Source: Octopus sinensis
Lineage: Eukaryota
Direction of reading: 5' to 3'
Length of the DNA stretch: 64,000 nucleotides
Assembly: GCF_006345805.1 (NCBI RefSeq)
Contig: NC_042997.1
Location: forward strand, 14,818,001 to 14,882,000
A program made the translations under genes and the position numbers. How positions within the stretch are numbered: position 1 is the first letter of the stretch; every line of letters begins with the position of its first letter. The notes under the pieces are model-generated. The model was not told where the DNA came from. It did no database searches and worked only from the letters and a program-made list of their open reading frames with translations. Below, in pieces: positions 11,287-23,705 of this stretch.

Positions 11287-14200
11287 TTTCTTTATTATCC
11301 ACAAAGGGCCGAACATAGAGGGGACAAAATACAATGTAGAGCTTTACTTTTGAAAAAAAAAAAAAAGATAAAATTCCGAAAAATATGGATTGTATAAAAA
11401 AAACACCGATCGCCAGGAATTGTGTGTCACAGAAAATGTTGTAAGTGTTACAAAATGGAAAAACAGATTAGTTTTTTTAGGAAAGAAAAGCCTACGGAAA
11501 AGACCATGGTAACCTCGGGCAATAATATCCTACAAAAATACATTACAATAAGTAACTCTCTTTTTCTTTTCTTTCTTTTTCTGGTTCATAGGATTATGCT
11601 CAAGGTGGCTCTGTCATTCACATGTGCCATCCTTGCTACATTCATCCATCTTTTATTGAAACATTTGCTAGACAAAACTTTCCTCTCTAGTCTCACCTTC
11701 CTTTCAAAGTGAAACTTGAAGAAGTTGATGAGAGGTTGACCAGCGAGGAAAGTGTTTGTCTTTAGACCTTTCAGACATGTCCACTATACACATTCTTTCA
11801 CCATAAAAAATGGCTCTTCCTTCCCGTTTGAGGGAAGGAGGCACAACAATATTGACAATAGACTCGGCTGATAAACCAACTCATCCCACACACGATACCA
11901 GTCATTCAACATAGGCCCACAGGTTGAAAATGGTTGGATATTGCACGAGTGCATGCAGAACAGTTTCGTCGCTCTGACCACATCTCAGGCAGGCCAGCCC
12001 GATGTTTCTTGAACCATGCCTGTAGAGCTTATTCTGAATAGGCATCGCTTCTGGATAGCACTGCCAGGCCAGGGATCTCTGGAAGTTGTCCATTGATCCT
12101 GGCCCAAAAGTCGTTTTGAACTGGAGGGTCAGGTATTCCTCATCGACGCCCAGGTTCACCCTGAGATAGTTATCATACCTCCCCTCCATTAATCCCTTAT
12201 AGAATGCTTTCATCATGATGTAGTCACTCAAGGTCGACTCGGGATGGCATAGTTGCTCAAGAGCAGCATGACATTTGCGGTGCCATTCGCTCTTCCTCAG
12301 CCTCTTTTTGATCCATGACTGCAGAAGAGTATGCGTTTCAGTTTGGTGATGATAGGGCCAGGACAAGGCACGACAATCAGGCGGTAGTAGACGACAGATG
12401 TGATATACGCATTCCCACCTCTGCCCGACCTTTTAGGCCACTCTCAGCCCATTGCTGGGCAAGAGTGGCCACCCTAGTCATTATCTTGTTCCAGTTCTCT
12501 GTTCGGAGATCTGGACTAAACCAGACCCCAAGCAACTTGACTAGACTGTCAGTCCAGCATCCACGATGGAGGTGCTGCTGGACGGCATGGGCTTGCTTCT
12601 CCAGGTGCTGAGCCACAAGCTCACTGACTTTTCCCGGCTGATTTTCGTTCATGTTATCGCTTCATAGTCTTTCAGTGTTTCGCCAACCAGCTCGATGTGG
12701 TCGTGGCTAGACACTATGACGGTGACATTGTCAGAGTATGCGGACATGCTTGTCCTGCATCCTAATTCTCGCGGTATGCCCCTCAGCATCGCCAGCTTCC
12801 GCAGTAGTGGCTTGAGGGTCAATATGTACAGAAGCAACGAGAGGGGGCATCCCTGACGGACTGAACATGCAATGTCGAATGGTCTCGATAGATGCCCATT
12901 CACGTGAATTACCTAACAGATGCCTTAGTAAAAAAAAAACAGGACCGAAACCAGCCACTATTAGGACAGCCTCCAAGTATTGATGGTCTACCCTATCGAA
13001 AGCTTTGGATTGATCCAAATTGATCAGTGCCCCACCCATGCCAGGTTCCTTAACTAACTTGTCTATGATGTAGTGCATGAGGTGGAGGAGGTGATGGATG
13101 CTCCGGCCTGGCACGACACACATTTGCATCTTGTCAACCAGTTTCTCGATGACAAGTGCCAACCTCTTGGCTAGCAACTTGTCCAAAATTTTCAAGTCTG
13201 CATTGAGCAGAGTGATGGGCCTAAAGTTATCTATTATATCTCCCTTGTTTGGATCTTTCTTTGGAAGTGTTACAGCTCCTTGGCTCACAAAACCAGGGAT
13301 GCTCCTGTTTTGCTGCCAGTTGCAGTACACTGCTGTGAAGATGCCTCCAAACAAGTCTGGCATGCAATTGTAAAGCTCATAGGGCAGACCATCCAAACCC
13401 GGAGATTTGTCCCTCAAGCATTCTGCCATCACGCCCTGCACTTCTGCTGCTGTGATGGCACCTTTGCAGCACCCTGCCTCTCTTATCAAGAGTCATGGCA
13501 AGCTGTGCAGGTAGGCACTGAAGTCCACCCTGCATTCTTGCTTACCACTCGTCCCGAACAGTTGGGCAAAATGCTGTTGAAAGGCCTCACACATCCTTTC
13601 AGGCTCAAGTAATTCACACCCCTGTTCACCCATCAGAGACCGAATGGTGACTTTGTTGCTCTGTTGTGCCTCCACCACCCAGGCCTCTTGCGCAGCTCCA
13701 GTAACTTCATTCCTTAGAGCACGCATTCTAGCCCTGACAATACACCCTTCGTGTTTGGCATTGAAGTGTTAGTCGAGGGCCAGCCATCAATACGTCATCA
13801 ATACGTCAGATGCGATTTCCCTTCTAATTGCCTCTTCTAGGTTCATAACTTGGTCACCCTCTATTTTATTTCTATCTATCGCTAGCGTTTTACTATACCT
13901 AATCACTTTGGCTTTTATTGCTCTCTTGAGGGAAAAACCACCATTTGTTGTTGATGATGGCTCCTGTCAAAGCCTTCTTCACTAGCATGCTAATCCGGTC
14001 TCTGAAACAACCGGTCTTGATGGGAAAGACGTGTTCAGTTTCCAGTAACTAGGACCCTGCCTATGTACCTTATCTAAGTCTAGTGTACACGTCACAAGTT
14101 TGTGATCTTTGTAAGTGACTATGCGGAATTGTGGACACCCCATGATATCTCTATGTACTATCCTACACAGTATTCTGTCTAGATACGATCTCAACAGCCC

Positions 14201-14690
14201 AATGTGGTTGCTCCATGTCCACATTGGTGCATTCGGGTGGTTGAGTCAGTACCTGTCATACAGTTGAAAGCATCTGAGCAGGTCTCTGAGGCATTCGCAT
14301 CGCCGTCTATTCCTATCACTGCCCACATAGTCTAGATGCGTGTTGAAGGTAGCATTCCAATCTCCAACTAAAAGTAAAGGACAAGACGTTCCTAGAAATA
14401 TTTCTAGACATTGAAAGAAATTCGGCCGACCTGTTAAAGGCGGTGTATAGATAGATATGAATCAAAAAGCACACCCATTGCTGCCATCAACATCCAGGAC
14501 AACCAGTCTATGAATATTGTCTTTACTTCAAGATGCAGGCTCTTGTGAAAAAGTACCGCTGTGCCACTACCGCTCATTCTCAGCAGACAGGGAGAAAAAT
14601 AAATGTTAAATTGTCCGCCAAACATGGACTTTAGGGCCCATGGATTATAGAGTCTGGTCTCACTTATGGCTATAATTTCTAAACCTATTT
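11287..14690 (-). mobile_element. Tx1/L1-clade LINE, degenerate, with intact 3' end
   Basis: ORF2 fragments, 3'UTR with AATAAA, and an adjacent (TCTA/TCTG)n tract. The 5' part is cut by a SINE at 14690. Confidence 0.9.
11586..14690 (-). pseudogene. Tx1-type ORF2 (APE endonuclease + reverse transcriptase), frameshifted
   Basis: IAISETR, SYLDRI, DHKLV, GPSYWKLN (EN); KSPGLDGLP, FRPITLLNAD, SKAFDRV, VRQGCPLS, YSDNV (RT); C-terminus ...FNKRWMNVARMAH...SIIL* with stop at 11586-11588. Confidence 0.9.
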
Positions 14691-14918
14691 CTTTATTACC
14701 CACAAGGGGCTAAACATAGAAGGGACAAACAAGGACAGACAGAGGTATTAAGTCGATTACATCAACCTCAGTGCGTAACTGGTACTTAATTTATCGACCC
14801 CAAAAGGATGAAAGGCAAAGTTGACCTCAGCAGAATTTGAACTCACAATGTAACGACAAACGAAATACGGCTACGCATTTCGCCCGGCATGCTAACGTTT
14901 CCACCAGCTCGCCGCCTT
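14688..14918 (-). mobile_element. tRNA-derived SINE with Meta-like central domain
   Basis: ggcgagctgg head, tttgcctttcatccttttggggtcgataaattaagtaccag core, tail ending tgtgggtaataaagaaata. Confidence 0.8.
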
Positions 14919-15089
14919 CATATAATTTCTAAACCATGTGACTTTATGTTATTTAAGAGGTACTCTTATTTCCAAGGGGACCCCAAGCCATGCGCATTCA
15001 CACAACCAATCTCGATCATAATCCTAATGAGTTGTGTGTTTTAAAACAAACAAAAGGAACAGAGAGTCACTTGCCATTCGAAATGTGAT

Positions 15090-15862
15090 GTAGGGAAGGG
15101 GAATCAGTTTTCGTATATTCTTTCGATTGATCCAAACTGATCAGCGCCCCATCCATGCCAGGTTCCTTAACTACCCTGTATATGATGTAGCACATCAGAT
15201 GGAGGTTGTCCAGCATGGCATATGTTTGTGCCTTGTCGACCAGTTTCTCGATGACAAGCACCAACCTCTAAGCTAACACTTTGGCCAAAATCTTCAAATC
15301 TGCACCTGAAGTTATCTATGACGTTCCCTTTGTTTGGATCTTTCTTTAGCAGTGCCACTACTCCTCACTTTACAGTAGACAGCTGCCAAGACGCCTCCAA
15401 ACAAGTCTGGCATAAAGTTCATAGGGCAGACCATCCAAGCCTGCCGTATGTCCATAGCTGTGACGGGTCTTTCACAACACTCCGCCTCTTTTGCCGAGAG
15501 TCGCGGCAGGCTATACAGATAGGCAGTAAAGTCCACTCTGCATTCTAACCCACCAGTTGTCCCAAACAGTCAGGTAAAGTGTTGTTGAAAGGCCTCACAC
15601 ATCCTTTCAGGCTCAAGTAATTCACGCCCCTGTTCATCTGTCAGGGACCTAATGGTGGCTTTGTTGGCTCATTGCACCTCCGCCACTCAGGCCTCTCAGG
15701 TGGCTCCAACGCCTTCGTTCCACAGAGCATGTGTCCTAGCTCTGACAACGCATCCTTCATGTTTGACGTTGAAGTGTTGGTCGAGGGCCAACCTCATTGC
15801 CAGTATGTTGGATGCAATGCCAGTTCTAAGTGCCTCTTCTAATTTCTTAACTAGGTCTTCCT
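15090..15862 (-). mobile_element. Second Tx1 RT fragment, diverged and with internal deletions
   Basis: LLKKDPNKGNVIDNF and ALISLDQSK. Parallels 12990-13850. Confidence 0.85.
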
Positions 15863-16020
15863 CTAAGACAGACAGACAGACAGATAGAGGGTATGTTTAA
15901 TTTTTACGTACAATTATGCATAAAAAACCCATTAATTGAAGGATTACTCATTACACTGAATACTGAATAAAATGTCTAACAGTGACTTTGCAGTTTCACC
16001 TTGAACCACATTCCTTAGAA

Positions 16021-16279
16021 CAAGGGTCCCTAACCATTGGGCTATGAATCATTTGATACCAATTCACAGAAAGAATAAATTCTTTAATTTTATTTCTATT
16101 TTATTTACCATCACAGTATGCAGGGCATTTTTACACTACATATTTGTTATATAATTAGTGATTAAAGTATATATTATGCACTTTATTGTGTTTCATTATA
16201 CACACAATCCCTTAGTCCATGGAAAAATTGTCTCGCATGAAATTGGTCCAAGGTGCAAAAAAAAGATGGGTAACCCCTG
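16021..16279. mobile_element. hAT (Charlie/MER-like) MITE
   Basis: TIRs caagggtccctaacc / gggtaacccctg. Imperfect 8-bp TSD ccttagaa/ctttagac. Subterminal aaaattgtctcgcatgaaattggtcc motif. Confidence 0.65.
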
Positions 16280-16374
16280 CTTTAGACTGTTTCATGAAGC
16301 CTGTTCACTGTCAGTCCTTTCCTTGTAACTATATATATAATATATATATATATATATACACAGACACACACATA

Positions 16375-16618
16375 CCTTTCCTAAATGCCTGAGAGACCTG
16401 CATGGTGTGGATATGGGTTTCTTTAAAACTAAACTCAATCTCTTCTTGTCAGGGGATCCAGCAGGAAACACAGATGCAGGCAGCGGCATTGAGCTCCCTT
16501 GTTGACCAAGTGCCATGTATCAGAGGAGGTTACACATACTAGTGTAGCACATTCAACGGTGGTGCCCCAGCAAAACCGCAGCTTTCGGGCTGAAACATTT
16601 TTAAGGATTTAAGGATTT
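16375..16618 (+). mobile_element. CR1-group LINE 3' end
   Basis: PKCLRDLHGVDMGFFKTKLNLFLSG C-terminus, 3' stem-loop cagc-tttcgg-gctg, (tttaagga)n tail. Confidence 0.7.
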
Positions 16619-16712
16619 GCACACACAATATATATATATATATATATATTATATTAAGGATAATAATAATAATTACAAAGTAGCATTAGCATTACCAATT
16701 ATAAATATATAT

Positions 16713-16750
<38 letters not shown>

Positions 16751-17118
16751 ATCATCATCATCATCATCATCGTTTAATGTCCGCCTTCCATGCTAGCATG
16801 GGTTGGACGATTTTGACTGAGGGCTGGCGAGCCAGATGGCTGCACCAGGCGCCAATCTTGATCTGGCAGAGTTTCTACAGCTGGATGCCCTTCCTAACGC
16901 CAACCACTCTGAGAGTCTAGTGGGTGCTTTTTACGTGCCTCCGGCACGGGGGCCAGTCAGGCGGTACTGGCAATGACCTTGCTCAAATCTTTTTACACGT
17001 GCCACCAGCACAGGTGCCAGTGAAGCGACATTGGTAACGATCACACTCGAATGGTGCCCTTGTACGTGCCATGGGTACAGAAGCCATTTGGCTGCTCTGG
17101 CAATGATCACACTCGGAT
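16751..17118 (-). mobile_element. RTE-LINE 3'UTR copy
   Basis: (cat)n-cgtttaatgtcc... with about 4 diverged internal units. Confidence 0.85.
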
Positions 17119-17585
17119 ATATATATATATATGATTTTGTTATATGAATTCATAAGAATCAAGGCACATCAACTAGTAAGACACCAGAAATGGCTAAGTA
17201 CAATAACATAGAGCTCACCTTAAATACCTCAAGTATTGGTAGGATATTGTAGACATACAAGTACCAAATGCAATTTAAACCAGAGATCTAGTTCAGGTAT
17301 GGGTCTTTGGTGTGGCATAGGTATAACAAGTAAGCATAAATGATGTCTGAAATTTACAAAAGCTGCTTCAGTAGAATTTTACTCGTTTAATGCAGTCATA
17401 AAAGATTACATTGTAATATGTAATCCACTGTCATCATGTAAAATATTGAACAGATAACATTTTAAATGTAGACCTGGACATAACCAACATTTACTGGACT
17501 AGTAGATCATATATCATAATGTAATTTTTCATGACTGTATTAAATAAATAAAATTCTACTGAAACAGCTGTTGTAAATTTTAAAT

Positions 17586-17940
17586 GTCATCATCATCATC
17601 ATCGTTTAACGTCCGCTTTCCATGCTAGCATGGGTTGGACGGTTCAACTGGGGTCTGAGAAGCCCGAAGGCTGCACCAGGCCAGTCAGATCTGGCAGTGT
17701 TTCTACAGCTGGATGCCCTTCCTAACGCCAACCACTCCGAGAGTGTAGTGGGTGCTTTTTATGTGCCACCGACACAGGTGCCAGACGAGGCTGGCACGGC
17801 CACGATCGGATGGTGTTTGTTACGTGCCACCAGCACGGAGGCCAGTCGATGCGGTGCTGGCTACGGCCACGTTCGGATGGATCTCTTATGTGCCACTGGC
17901 ACTGGTACCACAAACTACAAATTCCATTGATGTTGATCGA
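17586..17940 (-). mobile_element. RTE-LINE 3'UTR copy
   Basis: Nearly identical to 5628-6188 but with only one full 62-bp unit. Confidence 0.85.
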
Positions 17941-19607
17941 TTTCGATTTTGAATCATTTGCGTTTATTTATATGTGTGTATGTATAATCATTATGATATT
18001 TACAGCAGAATTATATTGTTGTATATATTCAGAACTAGTAAAGTAACAGACAAAACACATTGTGGTATTTAATAGTGTCCATGTTTTAAACCCTATCAAT
18101 GTTGATTTTGCTTCCCATATCTCATGGGGGAAGTGAAAATGGTATCAGTAAGATACTAGGAATCAACTAAATTGACTGCAACTCTCTCATATAAATTTCT
18201 GGCCTTGTGCTTTTGTAAGAAATCAATATCGATCCAGTGAAGTTTTAATATGTAGTGAGCCCTGATATGAACACAAATGTGTACAATCTGAACATTTTTT
18301 TCTTTTTGCTTAAACAAGAACTGCTATCAATTTTTAAATAGGTCTGAGCTGAGAACACTTGTAATTGAAGGAAATTTCTGTAACAAAATAATCTGGTTCT
18401 CTTGATCATTGGAAGCTTATGGTATTTGATTGTAGGTGAAATTAGAAATAGTAAGATGTGAGCAAACAATATGTCAGAGATATGAAGCCTTGTTATAATG
18501 ATTCACTGGTGTGTTCAAACATTATAATTAGATATCATACAGATTAGCAAATTTCATTTCATCTTCTGTTTTAAATTGAATCTGTCTTTTCCATTCAACT
18601 GTGAAATACTTTATTAATTAAATCATGCTAACATCAAATGAAAAAACAAAAGAAAAAATATTAATTATAACAAGTTATTTTCATTTTTTGATAATACAAA
18701 TATTTTCTTCTTCTTGTTCTTATATTACAAATGTTTACCACTGCCATGTTCCAAATATTTTTTCATGCACTATACTGAAGGGCAGATGTTATTCTTTGTA
18801 CCATATTCTGCTAGTATTTTTCCATTAATCCTTTATTACAATAAACAAGGGAATGGCTTTACCGATACAAATTTCAACCAATCTGTGTTACAACCTGTAT
18901 TTAAAGTGATTTCCCATAAAATTATCTATCTTGAACACTGTCAGCTTTATTTTCATTAATCTGATAAAAATCAGTTTTTCAATACCAATTGACTATAACT
19001 ATTAACACATTTATGTATGATAGAATAGATATATATATTTTTTTAAATACAACTAAGAAGAAAATGCATTGGATCGATAATATAGAGAATTTAAAAATGT
19101 AAAATATTAAAACATCAAATTCAAAAGGAATGTGAATGCAATAGAAGCAAACTGATGTAGGGTAAATATAAATTGTTCGTATTCGGTAGTCTAGAGGTAA
19201 ACAGCTAAATTCAAATAAACAACTGAGCTATTTCAAGAATGTTCTATTTTATTATTGAGAATATAATACATTTGTTCTTACAATCAAAGAATGAGATTTA
19301 TAAAAAGAAAACTATTTTAAAAAGTGACCTCGAGAAATCTCTTCTATATTCACTTCTGAGATTGGAATAAGAGAATAATAAAAAAAAAAGTATCTAAAAC
19401 AATTTATTGCAAAAATATTATTAAATGCCATTATCAATTATGAAAGGTATATTAGAACCACATCTTCTGAATCAAGTATTAGCTCATAAATTTTCATGTG
19501 TAAGATATTGACATAAAACAAACCAGAAAAGAAAATAATCCAGCTTTTGATTTTCAAAAGTTATCGTGCAGTTTCAGACAATGTAGTGCAGAAATATATC
19601 AGCCACG

Positions 19608-19998
19608 CCTGCATAGGCACAGGTGTGGCTGTGTGGTAAGAAGTTTGATTCCCAACCACATGGTTCCAGGTTCAGTTCTACTGTATGGCACTTTGGGCCT
19701 TCTACTACAGCCTCGGGCCAACCAAAGCCTTGTGAGTGGATTTGGTAGACAGAAACTGAAAGAAGCCTGTCATGTGTGTGTGTGCATGTGTCTGTGTGTC
19801 TATGTTTATCCCCCACTACCACTTGACAACCAGTGTCGGTGTGTTTACATCCCCATAAACTAGTGGTTCAGTAAAAGAGACCAATATAATAAGTAGCAGA
19901 CTTAACAAAAGCATAAGTATTGGAGTTGATTCATTCAACTATAACAAATTTTTCAAGGCAGTACTCCAGCATGGCCACAGTTTAATGACCGAAACAAG
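19608..19998 (+). mobile_element. CORE-type SINE
   Basis: gctgtgtggtaagaag head, ggcactttgggc, TG tract, ccagcatggccacag...gaaacaag tail. Confidence 0.8.
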
Positions 19999-20017
19999 AT
20001 ATATATATATTATTTTT

Positions 20018-20188
20018 TTGTTTCAGTCATTTGACTGTGACCATACTGGAGCACTGACTTTAGTCGAACAAATCAACCCCAGGACTTATTCTTTGTAAGC
20101 CTAGTACTTATTCTATTGGTCTCTTTTGCCAAACCACTAAGTTACGGGGACTTAGACATGCCAACATCAGTTACACAGACACACAAAC

Positions 20189-20234
<46 letters not shown>

Positions 20235-20380
20235 GACTTCTTTCAGTTTCTGTCTACCAAATCCACTCACAAGGCTTTGGTCAGCCCAAGGCTATAGAAG
20301 ACACTTGCCCAAGATGCCACACAGTGGGACTGAACCCAGAACATGTGGTTGGTAAGCAAGCTACGTACCACACAGCCACC
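20018..20380 (-). mobile_element. CORE-type SINE, tail-to-tail with 19608-19998
   Basis: Reverse-complement match to the same family. Confidence 0.8.
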
Positions 20381-20637
20381 TCTTCTAATTTCCTGAATAC
20401 AAACACATACACTATCTTTAGTCAAATAATCTTGCTTTATCCCTATCTATACTTTTAACTATTTTTATCATCTGATTTTAACTTAATGTCTTCAAAAGAT
20501 TGCACAAACATTTTTTGAATAATATTTAAGCTAACACGGACGCTCCTCACCAGCGTTTCTTAATCTGAGTTGTAGCACCTCCTTAGAGTGAGGTAAGCTC
20601 ACAAAGGGGTAGTAAATGCCAAGAGGAGACTGGATGT

Positions 20638-20828
20638 TTATCATCATCATCATCGTTTAGCGTCCGCTTTCCATGCTAGCATGGGTTGGACGGTTCAACT
20701 GGGGTCTGGGAAGCCAGAAGGCTGCACCAGGCCCAGTCTGATCTGGCAATGTTTCTACGGCTGGATGCCCTTCCTAACGCCAACCACTCCGTGAGTGTAG
20801 TGGGTGCTTTTTACGTGCCACCGGCACG
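20638..20828 (-). mobile_element. Short 5'-truncated RTE 3'UTR copy
   Basis: (cat)n-cgtttagcgtcc...acgtgccaccggcac. Confidence 0.85.
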
Positions 20829-21181
20829 TTTTTATATAGGGAAAATAATGTTAGTCAGCATGGCCTAGAATTTATCACTTCCATACCATAATCAGGGCCG
20901 TATACTATTTTTTTACCGATTTCTTTAGTTCAGTCAAACTTGCAGTGGATTTAGGTGGATTCCAGTATTTCAGCTTATTTCACCTTTATGGTACACCTAT
21001 TCTGTTGTGCATTAAATTCAACTGATGATCTAGTAATGTGCACAGTTCTTCTATCTCAAAATTTTGTTGCATACCCAATTGAATATTAGCTGATGATTCA
21101 TTTTCTATGGTAATGTTTCAACAGAAGTTTTTAAATCATATTGATATCAAATGAAAAATAAAAGGCAAAATTATGTAGTTT

Positions 21182-21450
21182 ACATTAGTCAGAGTGGTGA
21201 CCTCATCTTGATTGTTGTTTTCCCTACATTTTTGGCTGTATACACACACCCACCTTCTTCAGGTGTCTCGTGATTCACCTTAGTGGATAAAGGCATTAGC
21301 TAAAGCAGTGCAATCGGCTAGAGGTTCCAAGTTAAATCCCAGGTAAGACACTAAGGTGAATCACGAGACATCTGAAGAAGGTTGGAGCATACAACAGCTG
21401 ATACATAGTGAAAGCAACAATCAAGATTAGGACAGCATCCCGACTGATGT
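21182..21450. mobile_element. Penelope-like remnant in inverted arrangement with degenerate canonical-core hammerheads
   Basis: ccttcttcaggtgtctcgtgattcaccttagtg / cactaaggtgaatcacgagacatctgaagaagg arms plus outer arms. CUGAAGA cores at 21372 (+) and 21262 (-). Confidence 0.7.
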
Positions 21451-23019
21451 TAAACAATGTACATAATATAAAATTCCTCATTTCAGAAAAATAAAATTGA
21501 GAAAAAAATTAGTTACAATAAATTATTTTCAAGTTTGAATTCAAATATTTTCTTATTGTTCTTATATTTGAAAAAAAAACAAATGCTTTCTCTGCCATAT
21601 TCCAAATATTTTTTTACGCACTATAACTATGGTCAGATGTTATTTTTAGTACCATATTCTGCTAGCATAGTTGTGGTTTTTCTTAGAAATAAAATATTCA
21701 AACCAGTCACAATACTTATATTTTAAATACATTTTCAAAGATACAAAACAAAAATATTGATATTAGAATATGAGGACAGTGTGTTATCAGACAGATGATG
21801 TGCCAAGGTTCAAAATAAGTTCGTTACATAAGTCCTCACCTTCTCTAGTAATTACTAAAAATATTTAACGTAAGGGGTACTAGTCCACAAACATCTAAAA
21901 AAAAAGAAGGTACATGCTGGATGAAGTGATATATAAAAATATGAATAACAAACTATTGCACAAAATTAATTCTGTTTGATAAAATAATCTCCAAAAGAGG
22001 ATCTGTTGTAAAATGCCCTCTAGAGAAAGGAGGTGCTGAACTACAACAGCTTGAGAACCACTACCCTGCATGGTCACTCTGTCTAATAGAAACAGCTGTC
22101 AAATCTCTCACAAATCAAACTCTACCATCTTAAAACTGGAAATGAATTCATCAGCTAATGTAGTTCCAGAAGAAAATAGATGAAGCAGTCATGGTTGGAA
22201 CACCTGTAATCACAAGGTTTGCTTGATCAGAGAACTACATAACAACAATTAAATGACACTAATAGTGTCACAAAGATCATTTTTATTTTGCACACCCTGT
22301 TCAAGAGCAATTTGTGAGAATTCAATAAAATTTATCAGGTACCTCTTAAAGTTTGAATAGTTTCCAAAATCTCTTGACTCACTTCATCAACACTTTCTAA
22401 TAATAACCATGATCTCATTTGCTGTCTCACCCTTCCATCCTTTTAATATCATTTCATCTTATCATTGAAATAACAAGCTAGAATCAAGTTTACAAGAAGC
22501 AGTCTTATCTTCTGTTCCGTTGCTCAGCAATAATTTGACTCAATTTCAACAATGGGTTACAGAAACCAAGTATTATGTTCTGAGTTGAAATCTTGTCAAG
22601 GTCAACTTCGCCTTTCATCCATTCGGGGTCAATAAAATAAGTACCAGTTGAATACTGGGGGGGGGGGCGGTCAATGTAATTGACTAGCTTCCTTCCTCAA
22701 AATTTCGCGTTCTGTGCCTACAGTAGAAAGAATTATCAAAAAAACTATTCAGCAAAACTAAAATAAAACATATTTTGAGAAAAGCAAGCTTCACATATGA
22801 AGCATGTCTCCACAATCCTCGGGGGGCTGCTGAAGACAGCTATTCTCATGTCAGGAGAATATAAGTCCCTGTTTGGAGAGGATACCAGATGCTAATATTT
22901 CCAAAAGATTTGTAATTCAGTCAGATGAAATAAAATATTAGAAAGTTTTTCACTTCCCATAAGAAATATCTGCATAAGATACAAATCCTCAACTCATGAA
23001 TATATAATCCAATATTTAA

Positions 23020-23226
23020 TTCTTTATTGCCCACAAGGGTCTAAACATAGAGGGGACGAACAAGGACAGACAAAGGAATTAAGTCAATTACATCGACCCC
23101 AGGGTGTAACTGGTACTTATTTAATCGACCCCGAAAGGACGAAAGGCAAAGTCAACCACGGCAGAATTTGAACTCAGAATGTAAAGACAGACGCCCGGCG
23201 TGCTAAAGTTTCTGCCAGCTCGCCAC
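23020..23226 (-). mobile_element. Meta-like SINE
   Basis: Same family as 14688-14918. Confidence 0.8.
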
Positions 23227-23320
23227 CTTAAGAATATATAATCCAATACTGTATCCATTTGCCCAACATATTGGTGCACGTATGGCTATGTGGTAAAGAA
23301 GTTTGCTTCTCAACCACAGT

Positions 23321-23622
23321 GGAGGTGTGTGGCTTAGTGGTTAGGGTATTCAGCTTGCGATCATAAGGGTGTGAGTTCAATTCCCAGTGATGCATTGTGT
23401 CCTTGAGCAAGACACTTTATTTCACATTGCTCCAGTCCACTCAGCTGGCAAAAATAAGCAGTACCTGTATTTCAAAGGGCCAGCCTTGTCACACTCTGTA
23501 GCATTCTGAATCTTCCTGAGAACTACGCCAAGAGTACATGTGTTTATGGAGTGCTCTGCCACTTGCACATTAACTTTGGATCAACTGGAACCCTCGTCAT
23601 CATAACCAACAGAGTGCCAGTT
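23321..23622 (+). mobile_element. CORE SINE (OR2-like), nested
   Basis: tRNA-like head, tgtgtccttgagcaagacactttatttcac CORE-like block, ccctcgtcatcataacc tail. Confidence 0.8.
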
Positions 23623-23705
23623 TTTTCATTTTTATTTTTCCAATGACATGATTTTGGGTTCAATCCCACAGCACAATACCTTTGGCAGAGACATCTTCTA
23701 CTATA

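Noticed and set aside
16292-16516. Minus-strand ORF ending at a GTATGT donor
   Set aside because: It is the antisense of a CR1-type C-terminus. Exonisation is possible but unsupported.
22383-22440. Minus-strand GTGAGT donor with a short open frame
   Set aside because: No polypyrimidine acceptor, an in-frame stop just upstream, and probable repeat origin.
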